Origin: an uncultured Gemmatimonadales bacterium
GTDB taxonomy: Bacteria > Gemmatimonadota > Gemmatimonadetes > Gemmatimonadales > Gemmatimonadaceae
Direction: 5' to 3'
DNA: 64,000 nucleotides
Assembly: GCA_963701965.1 (NCBI GenBank)
Contig: OY969695.1
Coordinates: 704,001-768,000, forward strand
Shown here: one piece after another, positions 1 through 10,236 of the stretch
Layout of the letters: each line of letters begins with the position of its first letter
Numbering within the stretch: position 1 is the first letter of the stretch
The notes under the pieces: model-generated
Databases searched by the model: none
What the model saw: the letters and a program-made list of their open reading frames with translations, nothing else
Told to the model about the DNA's origin: nothing
Made by a program: the position numbers and the translations under genes

Positions 1-901
1 CATGCTTGCGATTGATCTGATAGTGGGGATGGAGCGCGATCGTGCCGTTGTCAGTGTAATGTCCGGCGATGATGACGCGCCCGCCATCGCGCACGAGGTC
101 GAGGGCTTGCGAGACCGCGGCCGGGCTGCCGGAGGCTTCAATCACGACGTCGACGCCGTGACCGCCCGTCCACTCGCGCACGCGCGCCGCGCGATCGGCC
201 GGCGGCACGTCGAGCCCCAGCGTATCGGTGGCGCCCATCCGCTGGGCGAAGGCGAGGCGGCTCGCGGGGTCACCGATGGCGACCACGCGCGATGCGCCGG
301 ACAAAGCCGCGAACGCCACCGCCGACTGGCCCACCGGGCCGACGCCCAAGACGGCCACCGTCTCGCCGAGGCGGAGATGGGCGAGGTCGATGGCGTGGAG
401 CGATGTCACGAGGCCGCAGCCGCCGCCGATGAACGTCTCGGGATCGAGGGCCGCTGGCAGCTTGATCAGACGGACGCCGGGCTTGATCCACAGCTTCTCG
501 GACCAGCCGCCCAGGAGGCCGTCGCGGGCGCCATAGGTGATCCCGTAGACCTTCCGGTGGGGGCATCGCGTCGATTGCTTGGCGACGAGGCATTGAAAGC
601 ACGCGCCGCAGGTCTCGTGGACATCGAGAAACGTCACGACATCACCCTCGCGGAGCGGCTGTCCTTCGACATCGGTGGTGGTCCCGCGAAGCTCGGCGAT
701 CGCGCCGACCGACACGTGCCCTGGGATGAGGGGATACGGGACGCCAGTCAGGCGCCCGTGGTGGAGGTGCACGTCGGTCCCGCACACTTCCGAGTACAGG
801 ACGTGCAGCAGGGCGGCGCCGGGCTCGAGGCTCGGGACCGGAAACTGCTCGAGCCTCACGGGTTCGTTCGGGCTCGGGATAATCGCGGCGGTGACAGGCA
901 T
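1..901 (-). CDS. Zinc-binding alcohol dehydrogenase (MDR family), 3' end outside the window
   Basis: Own translation of the minus strand (not in the ORF track): MPVTAAIIPSP...VCGTDVH...IPGHVSVG...CGACFQC...RC (structural Zn)...VLGVGPVG (Rossmann). The + strand ORF 2..940 is its antisense shadow. Confidence 0.9.
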   Translation of the reverse strand, partial: MPVTAAIIPSPNEPVRLEQFPVPSLEPGAALLHVLYSEVCGTDVHLHHGRLTGVPYPLIPGHVSVGAIAELRGTTTDVEGQPLREGDVVTFLDVHETCGACFQCLVAKQSTRCPHRKVYGITYGARDGLLGGWSEKLWIKPGVRLIKLPAALDPETFIGGGCGLVTSLHAIDLAHLRLGETVAVLGVGPVGQSAVAFAALSGASRVVAIGDPASRLAFAQRMGATDTLGLDVPPADRAARVREWTGGHGVDVVIEASGSPAAVSQALDLVRDGGRVIIAGHYTDNGTIALHPHYQINRKH

Positions 902-940
902 GCGTCGAATATACGAGCCGGCCGACGCCGCCTGGACTGA

Positions 941-2305
941 CTAGCGACGCAATGCCAGCGGCGCGAGCCCGTCGAGCCAGGCGTCCAGGATGGGCTCCAG
1001 GTGCGTGCCGTCGTACTTGCGACTCAGTCCCGGCACCGGGTCGCTGAAGCTGGCCAACGGCGTCGCCTGATGGGAGAGATAGTGGTCCAACTCCGGGACG
1101 TCGGCGTACGTGGCATTTCCCGGATGCATCGCGTTGATCGCCTCCACGAGCTCCAGATGCTCGTCCCGGCTCGTGACGAAGTCCGACCCGCCGTGCATCA
1201 CCAGCGCTGGTACCGCGACCTTCTTCCATGTCGTGGCCACGTTGATCGCCGCGACCTGCTGCATGTACGTCTCGGACGCCGGATAGCTGACGGAGGGTAG
1301 GCATCCCGGTTCCGCGGCCAGTACGGCGGCGCGGGACTGGCGTTCGACCAGGAAATGGAATCCGCAGCGAGCTTTGCGCGCCATCACGATCTCGATGCTG
1401 TCCGGCGGTAGGTTCTGGAGACGGAGCTGGCGGCGCAGGTTCGCCAACTCGTACTCGTACCAGTTGATGCCGACCGTCGACAGCACCGCGACCCCCCGCA
1501 ACGGCGCCAGCGCCAGCGAGTCGGATCCCGCGAGCAGCGGTCCTTCTATGCCGCCGATGCTGTGGCCGAAGAGGAAGACGCGGGACGAATCGACCCACGG
1601 GAGGTGCCGCGCCGCGCTCAACGCGGCACGGTATCCGCCGACCTCGGTGTCGAGATCGGTCGCCATGCATGGTCCGCCCTCGCTGTCCCCGACGCCGGCT
1701 TTCTCGACCCGCACCGTGGTGTACCCCCGGCGGGTGAGATGGTACATCAGGTCGCGGTACGGATTCTCACCAGTAGGTTGGTCGATCGAATAGCACCCGA
1801 TCCCGCCGACCAGCATCACCGTCGGGTGCGGGCCGCCCGCATGGGGATGCGTGACCAAGACCCGCCGCACCCCTCCCGGCGCCGCCACCGCCGTGTACAC
1901 AACGTCGAAGTCGGCGCTGGTCTCCCGTGGCCGCTCGCGGGCCACGAACGTGATCGATCGCGCGGCGCCGGCACGCACGACACCGACGGGGACGTGCGTC
2001 CCGGAGGGGATCACCCGCAGCACGGCGAGAGCCGAAGGGACATCGGTGACGGTGTCATGGCCGATGCGGACGATGACATCCTGCGGCTGCATGCCAGCGT
2101 CCGCCGCCGGTGTTTGCGGGAGCACGGCCAGCACCCGGGCTCCGGGCGGTGCGCCTAGCGTGCGGAGGGAGTCGGTTACCGACGCGAGGCTCGCGCCAAA
2201 CTGGATGCGTCGGGGGAGCGTGGCGTTAGCGGGCGTCTGGGCGGTGGCTCCGAGGGCCAACGCCGCGCCGAGCACGAGGAACCCGATCGAGGGCGTGAGG
2301 CGCAT
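941..2305 (-). CDS. Secreted PDZ-domain alpha/beta hydrolase
   Basis: Signal peptide MRLTPSIGFLVLGAALALGATA, PDZ-like TPAADAGMQPQDVI, nucleophile GHSIGG, acid/His motifs HGGSDFV and ELDH. Start placed at ATG 2305 rather than 2425. Confidence 0.85.
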   Translation of the reverse strand: MRLTPSIGFLVLGAALALGATAQTPANATLPRRIQFGASLASVTDSLRTLGAPPGARVLAVLPQTPAADAGMQPQDVIVRIGHDTVTDVPSALAVLRVIPSGTHVPVGVVRAGAARSITFVARERPRETSADFDVVYTAVAAPGGVRRVLVTHPHAGGPHPTVMLVGGIGCYSIDQPTGENPYRDLMYHLTRRGYTTVRVEKAGVGDSEGGPCMATDLDTEVGGYRAALSAARHLPWVDSSRVFLFGHSIGGIEGPLLAGSDSLALAPLRGVAVLSTVGINWYEYELANLRRQLRLQNLPPDSIEIVMARKARCGFHFLVERQSRAAVLAAEPGCLPSVSYPASETYMQQVAAINVATTWKKVAVPALVMHGGSDFVTSRDEHLELVEAINAMHPGNATYADVPELDHYLSHQATPLASFSDPVPGLSRKYDGTHLEPILDAWLDGLAPLALRR

Positions 2306-2602
2306 ACGGTGAAGATAGCAAATCTCACGGGCGCGTGTCTGGTCGCGTTGCGTCGTGTGTGGATCGATTTGGCCCGAAACCAGCCATACACTCCGAGCAC
2401 GACCTGCCAGGTCTGGTCGAACCACGCCGCGCGGCGCTCAGGTTACGTCGTCATCGAGCGATTTTCAGACGCCGCCCGAACTTCTCGAGGAGGCCAAGCG
2501 TAGCCGCCAGTCCCCGGCAGCTTCCCGGGGCTCGACGGTCGTGTCACGAATCGCCGTCGCGGACGGGGTATACTGGCGTCGCTCCGTGCTCAGGCACATC
2601 GC

Positions 2603-3784
2603 ATGCAGGCTCTACCGCCGTCTCCCACCTGGACGGTTCTTGTGTCGCGTTTTGGCGTCGGCTTCGCGGGCGCATGCACCGCGCTCGTCGTCTCGTGCTC
2701 CCCCACCACGAACCTCACCAGCGCGTCACCGCTCGAGCAGCGCGCGCTGGCCGCCACGTCGGCGGTGACCCTGCCCTTCGTCACGGCCCACACGGCGGCG
2801 CTCCCCGGCCTCGATGGCGTGGACTACGCGATCGTCGGCATCAACGACATCGCCGAGATCATCGGCACATGGAGCGAGTTCCATTCGTCGCCGTTCGCCT
2901 TCAAGTATCAAACGACGCGCGGTATCACGGGCCTATTCCAATCCGACAGCTCGGCCCAGACCGTGGGGTACGGCGTCAACGACAAGGGGGACATTGTCGT
3001 GGGCGGCGTGGGACCGTGGGGTATCGGCATCTGGGATTGGTCCAACCAACTCCGTTCGCTCCGGAATCTCTCGACGACCGTCGGGTCGTCGTGCGTCCCG
3101 AGCGCGATCAACGATCGCGGGATAGTAGCCGGGACATGCGGGGTCGCCGGGCAATCGCATTTCTTGGCCACGGTCTGGACCACGGCTGGCACCCCCTGGG
3201 CTCTACGCACATCGAGCGGTGCGTTCGTCACCCAGAATCACCTCGGCGTCGGCCTATCGGACTCGGGCTACGTGAGCGGCGAGTACTCCGACGGATCGGG
3301 GTTCGTCCTCACGCCGGCGGGCCAACTGCGCCTTCTGCCGAAGCTCGTCCTCAATGGCGTGGCGTACCGGGTCCAGGCGCTTGACGTCAACAACTTCGGC
3401 CAGGCCGCCGGCAATGCCCTCAACGACAGCACATCGGGCTGCACTCATGCCGTCGTCTATCTGCCTACGAACGCGATCGTCGACCTCGGCTGCGGTACCG
3501 CGGACGGGATCAATGACAGCGGGATCGTGGCCGCGACGCTCACGGACAGCGCGGGCACGATGTCTGAGCCGGTAGTGTGGTCGCAGTCCACGGGGCTTCG
3601 GCGGCTCCCGGGACTGGAGGGCGGAGCCGCGCTGGCGGCGGAGACCGAATCGACCGTTGCCATGAACCACAAGCGGCAGATCATCGGATACATCACGATG
3701 TCCACGGGTGTCACCCATAAGGTCATGTGGACGCTGCAGAGCGGAGATCCGTCGACCGCGCTGGCGGCGGTGGCCATGAAATAG
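2603..3784 (+). CDS. Extracellular HAF-repeat-like (beta-propeller) lipoprotein
   Basis: Lipobox-like LVVSC; repeated units GINDIAEIIG, GVNDKGDIV, AINDRGIVAG, DVNNFGQAAG, GINDSGIVA, MNHKRQIIG. Confidence 0.7.
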   Translation: MQALPPSPTWTVLVSRFGVGFAGACTALVVSCSPTTNLTSASPLEQRALAATSAVTLPFVTAHTAALPGLDGVDYAIVGINDIAEIIGTWSEFHSSPFAFKYQTTRGITGLFQSDSSAQTVGYGVNDKGDIVVGGVGPWGIGIWDWSNQLRSLRNLSTTVGSSCVPSAINDRGIVAGTCGVAGQSHFLATVWTTAGTPWALRTSSGAFVTQNHLGVGLSDSGYVSGEYSDGSGFVLTPAGQLRLLPKLVLNGVAYRVQALDVNNFGQAAGNALNDSTSGCTHAVVYLPTNAIVDLGCGTADGINDSGIVAATLTDSAGTMSEPVVWSQSTGLRRLPGLEGGAALAAETESTVAMNHKRQIIGYITMSTGVTHKVMWTLQSGDPSTALAAVAMK

Positions 3785-3899
3785 CGCGGCGAGACGGCCG
3801 TCGTCCGGAGCGTCCGCTGAGCCTGTCCGACAGACGCTCCTTGGCACCGAGGCAATACGCGCGCTGTCAGGCTGCGCGCCCGGCCTCGTGGTTTCGCGC

Positions 3900-4283
3900 T
3901 CACCAGAACAACCAGGCCGCGTCCTTCCGCCGCGGCCCCGGTAGCAATTCGTAGCGCGCGCTGTCGTACCGGGCCGTTGCCAGCAGATGTCGTACGCGGG
4001 CGCGGTACTGGCGCTCCAGCTGCCGCCGGAACCAACTGGGCACTCCCCAGGGGTGCCACGCACGCGGGCCGCGCAACCTTTCCTCGATCCGTCGCACTTC
4101 CCGGCAGCGACGGCACGAATCCCACAGGTTGGCTTGTCGCGCACATTCGGGGCAGTCGCGCCATGATCCCCATGGCGCGAGTGGACCGAGGACATCGTCA
4201 CTCGTGCGGTGGCGGGAGCGTTTGAGACGGCGGGCGAGTCGCGCATTGATGGCGATGATCCACCGTTTCGATCCATGGGCCAT
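3900..4283 (-). CDS. Small Arg/Trp-rich hypothetical protein with two CxxC motifs
   Basis: ATG 4283 preceded by TTGGAG; CPEC...CRRC; basic C-terminus PSWFRRQLERQYRARVR. Confidence 0.6.
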   Translation of the reverse strand: MAHGSKRWIIAINARLARRLKRSRHRTSDDVLGPLAPWGSWRDCPECARQANLWDSCRRCREVRRIEERLRGPRAWHPWGVPSWFRRQLERQYRARVRHLLATARYDSARYELLPGPRRKDAAWLFW

Positions 4284-4303
4284 CAGTTCTCCAAGTAAGG
4301 GCA

Positions 4304-4323
4304 CTACGTCATGGCAGCCTCCT
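4304..4323 (-). promoter_or_regulatory. Mini-uORF ATG-ACG-TAG with strong SD (AGGAGG)
   Basis: Minus strand reads AGGAGG CTGCC ATG ACG TAG TGC CCT TAC TTG GAG AAC TGA TG. Confidence 0.5.
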
Positions 4324-4480
4324 GGCAGGTGTGATTACAGCCCAACTTCGACGGGAATGTACGCGGATCACGCGCGCGGTTCTACGCGCAGACATTCACG
4401 GTGCAGCGCCTCGACGACGTAGCAGCCGCGGGACTAGGCGCACCGGTCATTCCTCGACCGTCTGTGCGCGGACCGGTGTG

Positions 4481-4513
4481 CTTGCACCCTTGGGGTGCAA
4501 GGGATTATATTAT
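4481..4513 (+). promoter_or_regulatory. Putative higBA promoter with operator palindrome
   Basis: Perfect inverted repeat CTTGCACCC-TTG-GGGTGCAAG (4481-4501) overlapping a TTGCAC -35, with TATATT/TATTAT -10 downstream. Confidence 0.6.
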
Positions 4514-4565
4514 TGGCTGTGGTGTGTCGAGCTGGACCCACTGGCAAGCCCCGGTCTTCTCCTAC

Positions 4566-4859
4566 GTGATTCAATCGTTCTATGATGATGCGACGGCTGA
4601 TTTGTTCAATGGCAAGAATACCTCGGCCGCACGCCGGGCTTGTCCATTCGAGCTCTGGCCTGTCGCGCGACGTAAGCTCGATCAGCTCAATAACACGGTT
4701 TCGCTCGTCAGCCTGCGACTGCCACCAGGAAATAGGCTCGAGGCATTGCGTGGGGATCGCGACGGGCAACATTCGATCCGTATCAATCAGCAGTATCGAA
4801 TATGTTTCGTGTGGACAAATCGAGGACCTGAGAACGTCGAGATTGTCGATTATCACTGA
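4566..4859 (+). CDS. higB: HigB toxin (RelE/ParE family, plasmid maintenance killer type)
   Basis: GTG start; VIQSF...ARRKLDQL...PPGNRLEALRGDRDGQHSIRINQQYRICFVW...VEIVDYH is the family signature. Confidence 0.92.
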   Translation: MIQSFYDDATADLFNGKNTSAARRACPFELWPVARRKLDQLNNTVSLVSLRLPPGNRLEALRGDRDGQHSIRINQQYRICFVWTNRGPENVEIVDYH

Positions 4860-4868
4860 GGCACTGCA

Positions 4869-5204
4869 ATGAGCATAGGCCTGCCCACCCACCGGGCGCC
4901 GACGACGCCAGGCGAGATGTTGCTCGAGGAGTTCTTGAAGCCGCTCGGGTTGACTCAGACCGAGGTCGCTGAGCGGATGCAGGTACCCCTCAAGCGGCTG
5001 AACGCCATCATTCGTGGCCGCAAGGCCGTCACCCCGGAAACCGCTCTTCGGCTTGAGCGGCTATTCGGGATGGAGGCGCAGTTCTGGCTGAATCTGCAAT
5101 TGGGTGTCGACTTGTACCGCGCGATGCACTCACCGGCCGCAGCCGACATTCGCAAGCTTCGTCGCGTGCCCGGGATTGACGCGCACGCGGGCCGAGTCGC
5201 GTAG
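4869..5204 (+). CDS. higA: HigA antitoxin (XRE HTH)
   Basis: PTTPGEMLLEEFLKPLGLTQ...VTPETALRLERLFG...FWLNLQ; directly after higB. Confidence 0.92.
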   Translation: MSIGLPTHRAPTTPGEMLLEEFLKPLGLTQTEVAERMQVPLKRLNAIIRGRKAVTPETALRLERLFGMEAQFWLNLQLGVDLYRAMHSPAAADIRKLRRVPGIDAHAGRVA

Positions 5205-5391
5205 CCGGCTCCTCGGCCGTGGTAATGACTGACGTTGGCGTCTATGCAATCGGCGACATTCCCAGAATGGCGCCGATCGTTTACACCGCATCTAACGTAG
5301 CCGATCAACGACATCCCGGACTATCGCCTACTACGCGCGAGTGGTGACACTATCTATCCATGTCGCAGCTTCACAAAGGCACGTTAGTGCG

Positions 5392-8300
5392 CTAGGCGCG
5401 TAGAACGAGACCGCCACTCGATTCACCCAGCAATGCACCAGTAAGCAGGCGGTCAATCGCAGCGCCAATGGCAGCATTGAGTCGGGATCCGGTGCGATCA
5501 AAACCCAGAACCGCTCGCACCTCAGCGACGACATTGCTTCTCTCGAACGCGTGACCGTTGGCGAGCACCAAGCGAATAGCTGCCTCGTACTCCTCGGGAG
5601 CAATGTGATGAGCCGGAATGTGCGTGTCCGCGCGTGATCTCACGGGGCAATCGCCCTCCGGTGTCCAGATGTATTCACCGCGGCGACTCACCATTCCTGC
5701 TTGTTCGAGTTGCACGATTACTCGCGACACGCTTGCAGCGATGCGCCGGCCGGCGCGCGTGCCCCATACTCCTACTGTACGAGATATGAGCTCATTCCCG
5801 TGGATCGGAGACTCTACGTCGACGATGTTCATGATGACTCCCATCAGCGTCGTCAGCGGAGCAGCCAGAATATCCTGACCCGCGAACGTCCCTTGGCCAC
5901 CCGCGACAACGTACCGCGTTACAATAGGTCGCTTGTACGCTCCGTTGTTCATCTTCGCGGGAACAGTGGAGTCCGTGCTCGCCGATGGTTGACCCCCATT
6001 CGATCTTGGTTCGGGCGGAAGCGTGATCCTTATGGCCGGCGAGTGTGATAGCGCAGGTTCCAACCGCTCTCGGCAACGATCAATGAGGCCAACTAGGCGT
6101 TCAATCTGACCCTTTCGGTCCTTGAAGAAATCCGTGCTCCACACCCTTATGATGGTCCAGCCGCGCCCTTCGAGAATCTGCTGACGCAAACGATCTCGAT
6201 CGCGAGCACACTCGGAGCTGTGGTACGCGAGGCCGTCGCATTCGATCCCGCACAGGAACCGTCCGGGGTAGCGCTCATCCAAGACGCCAAGGTCGATCCG
6301 GTACCCTGCGACACCGACCTGGGGAACGACGTGGTAGCCTCGCCTCGTGAGTTCGCTCAACACGTCTTGCTCGAAAGGCGACTCCGTATCCGCCGAGAGA
6401 CTTGCCGCAGCACTCCCTAAATGACCCCTCTCGGCATACAGCAAGAATTCACGCAGCAGTCGCGCGCCATTCGAGGTCGTTGAGCTCGCGCTGATCTCAT
6501 CACCGCGCATGGACGAGAAGACACGCATTCGCCGGCGCGCCCGACTCACGAGGACGTTGAGTCGCCGCCATCCGTTCTCACCATTCAATGGCCCGAAATT
6601 CTGCCGCAGCTTGCCGTCGGAAGCTTTCGCGTAGGTGACGCTGAGGAAGATGACGTCGCGCTCGTCACCCTGAATGTTCTCCAGATTCTTCACGAAGAAC
6701 CTCTCGGTTCGCGGAGCAAAGAACGGCTCAAGAGAGGGATCCCGGCGGCGACGTTGTTCGAGCTCGTCTTGGATTGCCAGCTGCTGTCGCATGTTAAAGG
6801 TGCCAACGCCAAGAGATAACTCCGGCTCCCCCGCGGTCCTGCGTGCCTCCTGTTCCTTGGCGAATTCCACCACTGCGTCCACGACGCGTTTGGCCTCCGC
6901 AGCGTTAAGTCCCTTCCCCTCGTACACCCCCTCGGGAATGAACTCGAACTGCAAACCTATCGTCTCGGTGCCCCTCTCAACGCTTGGAAATGTGTAGAGG
7001 TCGGAGTTGTAGAAACTCACGTTTGAGAAGTGGATCAGCGACTCATGAGCGCTCCGGTAGTGCCAGCGCAGTCGGGTAGACGACACACCAATGCCCAGAA
7101 AGTCTTCGAGAACACTCTCCGAGTCCTCGTACAGTGGGGTTCCGTCGTCTCCTAGCTCCTGTGAGTCCTGGCCTCCTAAGAGATGAAAGAAATTGGTGGG
7201 AGGTAGCTGCTTAGGATCACCGACGACAACAAGCTGCGCGCCACGCAGAATCGCTCCCGCCGCGTCTTCCGCCGGCAATTGCGACGCCTCATTGAATATG
7301 ACAAGGTCGAACAACGAAGATTCGTCACCCAAGAACTGCGCCACTGACAAGGGACTCATCAACAGACAAGGCTTAATCGCCCGAATTGCCCGTCCCGCTT
7401 CCTGCATGGTTCGTCTCAATGAGGCGATATTGCGTTGCTTCGCCATCTGCCGGTGAAGAAACTGCATCGCGCGACTGGCCGCGGGCTGCCGGATGTGCTC
7501 TTGAACGCGTTGCCGAAGATCCAGGACGACAGTGCTGCGGTTCTCCATGAGGATGCGCCTATCCAGAATCCGGAATTCCTCGGCACGCTGCTCATGCGAT
7601 ATCGTGTGAAATTGCGCCAGTGGCTGCCGCCGCCCGACGACCCCTGTCAACCACTGCGTATAGAAGGCGCGCAGGAACGCATCGGGCAGATCACCGAAGG
7701 ACACCTCGCCCCTTAGTGCGATCTGCACGAACCCAGCCGCCTCACTATTCTCCGCGATAGCACGGGCCGACTCGAAAGCCGCCCAGCGTGGACCTTCACC
7801 CAGGCGCTCGAGGACCGCGTGGATCCTTGTCGAGATTTCGTCGAATGACCTGTCCGCGAGGTACGCGCCTGGCCAACCAACACAATGGGCGAATCGGCCC
7901 AACACGGCCTCTACTCTTCGGCCCGCTTCCTGAAGCTGATGCAAGCCAAATACGTCGGGGCTGGGAGAGCCTACTACGGCAATAGCTCTCTCGGTCAATC
8001 CGCAGTCACGATATACTCTGCGGAAGTCTGCGACCCAGTTGACGTAGGCGTCCAAATCGTCCCACGACGACAGCTCGCCGCGCCACAATGCTCCAAAGAG
8101 CGCGTGGCCGATCTGTCCAGCTGCCCCTAGGGAACGACGCTCTGCGGACAGTCGGTCGACGTAGCGGAGTTCCGCCGCAAGCTGTGCGAGGGATGCCTGG
8201 GACGGTGCACGGCGATAGCGGAGCCAGCGCTTCTTGATTGCGCGGAAGCGGCGATCGAATATCGCCCCGATTGCGGCGAAACCGTGCAGACGGGCTTCGA

Positions 8301-10236
8301 CATAGGTGATATCGTTTGCATGCGGCCTGGCAACGACATCGTCACTAAACTTCGTACCAATTCGGGACCGTAGATCGACCACCCCTCTGCCGCGAGTTAT
8401 CAGCGCGACGGCTGATTGCGGTGGAGAATTCCACGCCTCGCTGCCGAGCACGGCGGCCGATACACCTGGCGAGCGCGAAAGAAGACCTGCGACGGTGCCG
8501 ATGGCTCCCATCGCACCGAACGACCGCACACTTGGTAGACCAAATGATGCCTCGACCGAGTCGGAGCACGCCTGTAGCTCGGTCAGGCCAGCAATCAACT
8601 CCTGACCGTCATCACGGATCGCATCAAGATCGTCCTCGGAGTAGAACGCTTTCGACGCGTCACGCCAGGGGTGCTCTGATGCTTTGCCGATCCCAATAGC
8701 ACTAGCGGCCAGATCGCGCAGCGTTCGCGAGATCCGTTCAAGATCGGAGCGGTCAAGAGTCTCCACAGGACCATCATATCTGAGCCGAGCAGCACTGCCT
8801 ACACCCGCAAGCGCCCCGTATGCCGCGTATGGCGACATACGCAGTTGGCCGTGGGGCTCATGGAGCGCGCGTACATAGTCATTCAACGCGGACCGCACCG
8901 CGGGAATACGCTCCGCCGCCTTACGCTCGAAGGTGCCGACTCCCAGCGACGAATCGAGGCTGCGCCCCAGTTCAGCGATAACCGAGCGCTTATTAGCCTT
9001 TGTGGAATGCAACTCGAGGCAGAAATCTCCGAGGCCAGCCGCCGTGAGTCGGTCATGCACGACCTTGAGAGCCGCCATTTTCTCTGCCACGAAGAGGACG
9101 GACTTCCCCACGGCTAGAGCCTGCGCGATCAGATTCGTGATCGTTTGCGACTTTCCCGTTCCTGGCGGCCCCTCCAGCACAAGATCATGTCCGCGCGCCG
9201 CAGCAGCGATCGCTCGCAACTGACTCGAGTCCGCGTCGACAATCTGATGCGTCACCTCTGGCACGTAGTCGCGATCTAGATCCAACTCTCTAACATCGGA
9301 TGGCAGTCCACCTGCGGCGTCTTCAAGTACAGTCTCTCGCGCTAGCAGTCGAATGAGACGATGTTCAGCAAGTGCATCGGCCTTGCTCTCGAGATCCTTG
9401 TACATCACGAATTTCTGGAACGAGAAGTGGCCGAGATATACGTCTGCCTTGACGGACCAGCGCTTCTTGACGCCAAGCGTCCTCGCCGCTTCGGTGAACC
9501 ACGTGTTGAGGTCATATCCGTCCGGCATCGTCTCCGAGTCCGGCAGCTCGGGCAGAGCGAGACCGAATTGGTACCTCAAGTGCTCAACAAGCGCGACGTT
9601 GACCAATGGGTCATCGTCGGTGGTCGACAACGTATATCCTGTTCTCGCCGACCCCCGCTCCAGCGCCACCGGGAGCAAGATCAAAGGAGCACGCAGAACC
9701 CGGTCCGAGTCATCGGCCTCGAGGTAGTGCAACATCCCGAGTGAAACGAACAACGTGTTGACGCCTTGCTCGTCGATCGTGAGACGTGCCTGCTCATCAA
9801 TTCGTCTGAGGCTCTTGTTGAGCGTCTCTCGCGGTAGGGCGGTCTGCAACCAGTTGTCCGGCTGTTCGCCATCGACTTCAGAGACATCGAACGGACTGAA
9901 TTCTCGCCCAAGGCTCGGATCACCGTCTTCAACGGTGTCAAACCCGCCTAGGTCCGCTCCATCCCAGAGGGAAGCGACAGCGTCGGCCTTGCCGTTCCCA
10001 GCCGCATCCCTTTCGGATTCGTTGTCCTCCTCATCCACAGTCGGCTTGAACTTCATCGAACGATCGCCGATGTAGAGAACGCGGAACATCTCCGCGGGTT
10101 GCCGATCGACGATCGCAATGGTCGAAACCTTCGTCGGCTTAAAATTGAGCGCGCGATTGCGCTTGCTGAGGTCGAGGAGCTTGCGCTTCCAAGCATCGAG
10201 CGTCGCCGCGAGCTTGGGATGCGTCTGCCCATTCAA
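5392..10236 (-). CDS. DUF4011 - SF1 (UPF1-like) helicase - Vsr-like/MTES_1575 nuclease - DUF3320 protein (Hhe-type antiphage protein)
   Basis: WKRKLLDLSKRNRALNF (DUF4011), DADSSQ, Walker A GPPGTGKSQT, MSPLSVAQFL, GDPKQLPPT, LRWHYRS, ENIQGDERD, RRLNVLVSRAR, ESPFE...YRIDLGV...IECDG...RDRDRLRQ..LE..GW...RVWSTD, C-terminal winged-helix-like region. Start put at TTG 10236 (ORF extends to 10314). Walker B reads FNEASQ. Confidence 0.88.
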   Translation of the reverse strand: MNGQTHPKLAATLDAWKRKLLDLSKRNRALNFKPTKVSTIAIVDRQPAEMFRVLYIGDRSMKFKPTVDEEDNESERDAAGNGKADAVASLWDGADLGGFDTVEDGDPSLGREFSPFDVSEVDGEQPDNWLQTALPRETLNKSLRRIDEQARLTIDEQGVNTLFVSLGMLHYLEADDSDRVLRAPLILLPVALERGSARTGYTLSTTDDDPLVNVALVEHLRYQFGLALPELPDSETMPDGYDLNTWFTEAARTLGVKKRWSVKADVYLGHFSFQKFVMYKDLESKADALAEHRLIRLLARETVLEDAAGGLPSDVRELDLDRDYVPEVTHQIVDADSSQLRAIAAAARGHDLVLEGPPGTGKSQTITNLIAQALAVGKSVLFVAEKMAALKVVHDRLTAAGLGDFCLELHSTKANKRSVIAELGRSLDSSLGVGTFERKAAERIPAVRSALNDYVRALHEPHGQLRMSPYAAYGALAGVGSAARLRYDGPVETLDRSDLERISRTLRDLAASAIGIGKASEHPWRDASKAFYSEDDLDAIRDDGQELIAGLTELQACSDSVEASFGLPSVRSFGAMGAIGTVAGLLSRSPGVSAAVLGSEAWNSPPQSAVALITRGRGVVDLRSRIGTKFSDDVVARPHANDITYVEARLHGFAAIGAIFDRRFRAIKKRWLRYRRAPSQASLAQLAAELRYVDRLSAERRSLGAAGQIGHALFGALWRGELSSWDDLDAYVNWVADFRRVYRDCGLTERAIAVVGSPSPDVFGLHQLQEAGRRVEAVLGRFAHCVGWPGAYLADRSFDEISTRIHAVLERLGEGPRWAAFESARAIAENSEAAGFVQIALRGEVSFGDLPDAFLRAFYTQWLTGVVGRRQPLAQFHTISHEQRAEEFRILDRRILMENRSTVVLDLRQRVQEHIRQPAASRAMQFLHRQMAKQRNIASLRRTMQEAGRAIRAIKPCLLMSPLSVAQFLGDESSLFDLVIFNEASQLPAEDAAGAILRGAQLVVVGDPKQLPPTNFFHLLGGQDSQELGDDGTPLYEDSESVLEDFLGIGVSSTRLRWHYRSAHESLIHFSNVSFYNSDLYTFPSVERGTETIGLQFEFIPEGVYEGKGLNAAEAKRVVDAVVEFAKEQEARRTAGEPELSLGVGTFNMRQQLAIQDELEQRRRRDPSLEPFFAPRTERFFVKNLENIQGDERDVIFLSVTYAKASDGKLRQNFGPLNGENGWRRLNVLVSRARRRMRVFSSMRGDEISASSTTSNGARLLREFLLYAERGHLGSAAASLSADTESPFEQDVLSELTRRGYHVVPQVGVAGYRIDLGVLDERYPGRFLCGIECDGLAYHSSECARDRDRLRQQILEGRGWTIIRVWSTDFFKDRKGQIERLVGLIDRCRERLEPALSHSPAIRITLPPEPRSNGGQPSASTDSTVPAKMNNGAYKRPIVTRYVVAGGQGTFAGQDILAAPLTTLMGVIMNIVDVESPIHGNELISRTVGVWGTRAGRRIAASVSRVIVQLEQAGMVSRRGEYIWTPEGDCPVRSRADTHIPAHHIAPEEYEAAIRLVLANGHAFERSNVVAEVRAVLGFDRTGSRLNAAIGAAIDRLLTGALLGESSGGLVLRA

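Noticed and set aside
2..940. 312-aa plus-strand ORF, and many other long overlapping ORFs such as 10747..12756, 16513..18351 and 31305..33050
   Set aside because: Antisense or alternate-frame shadows of recognisable genes in GC-rich DNA.
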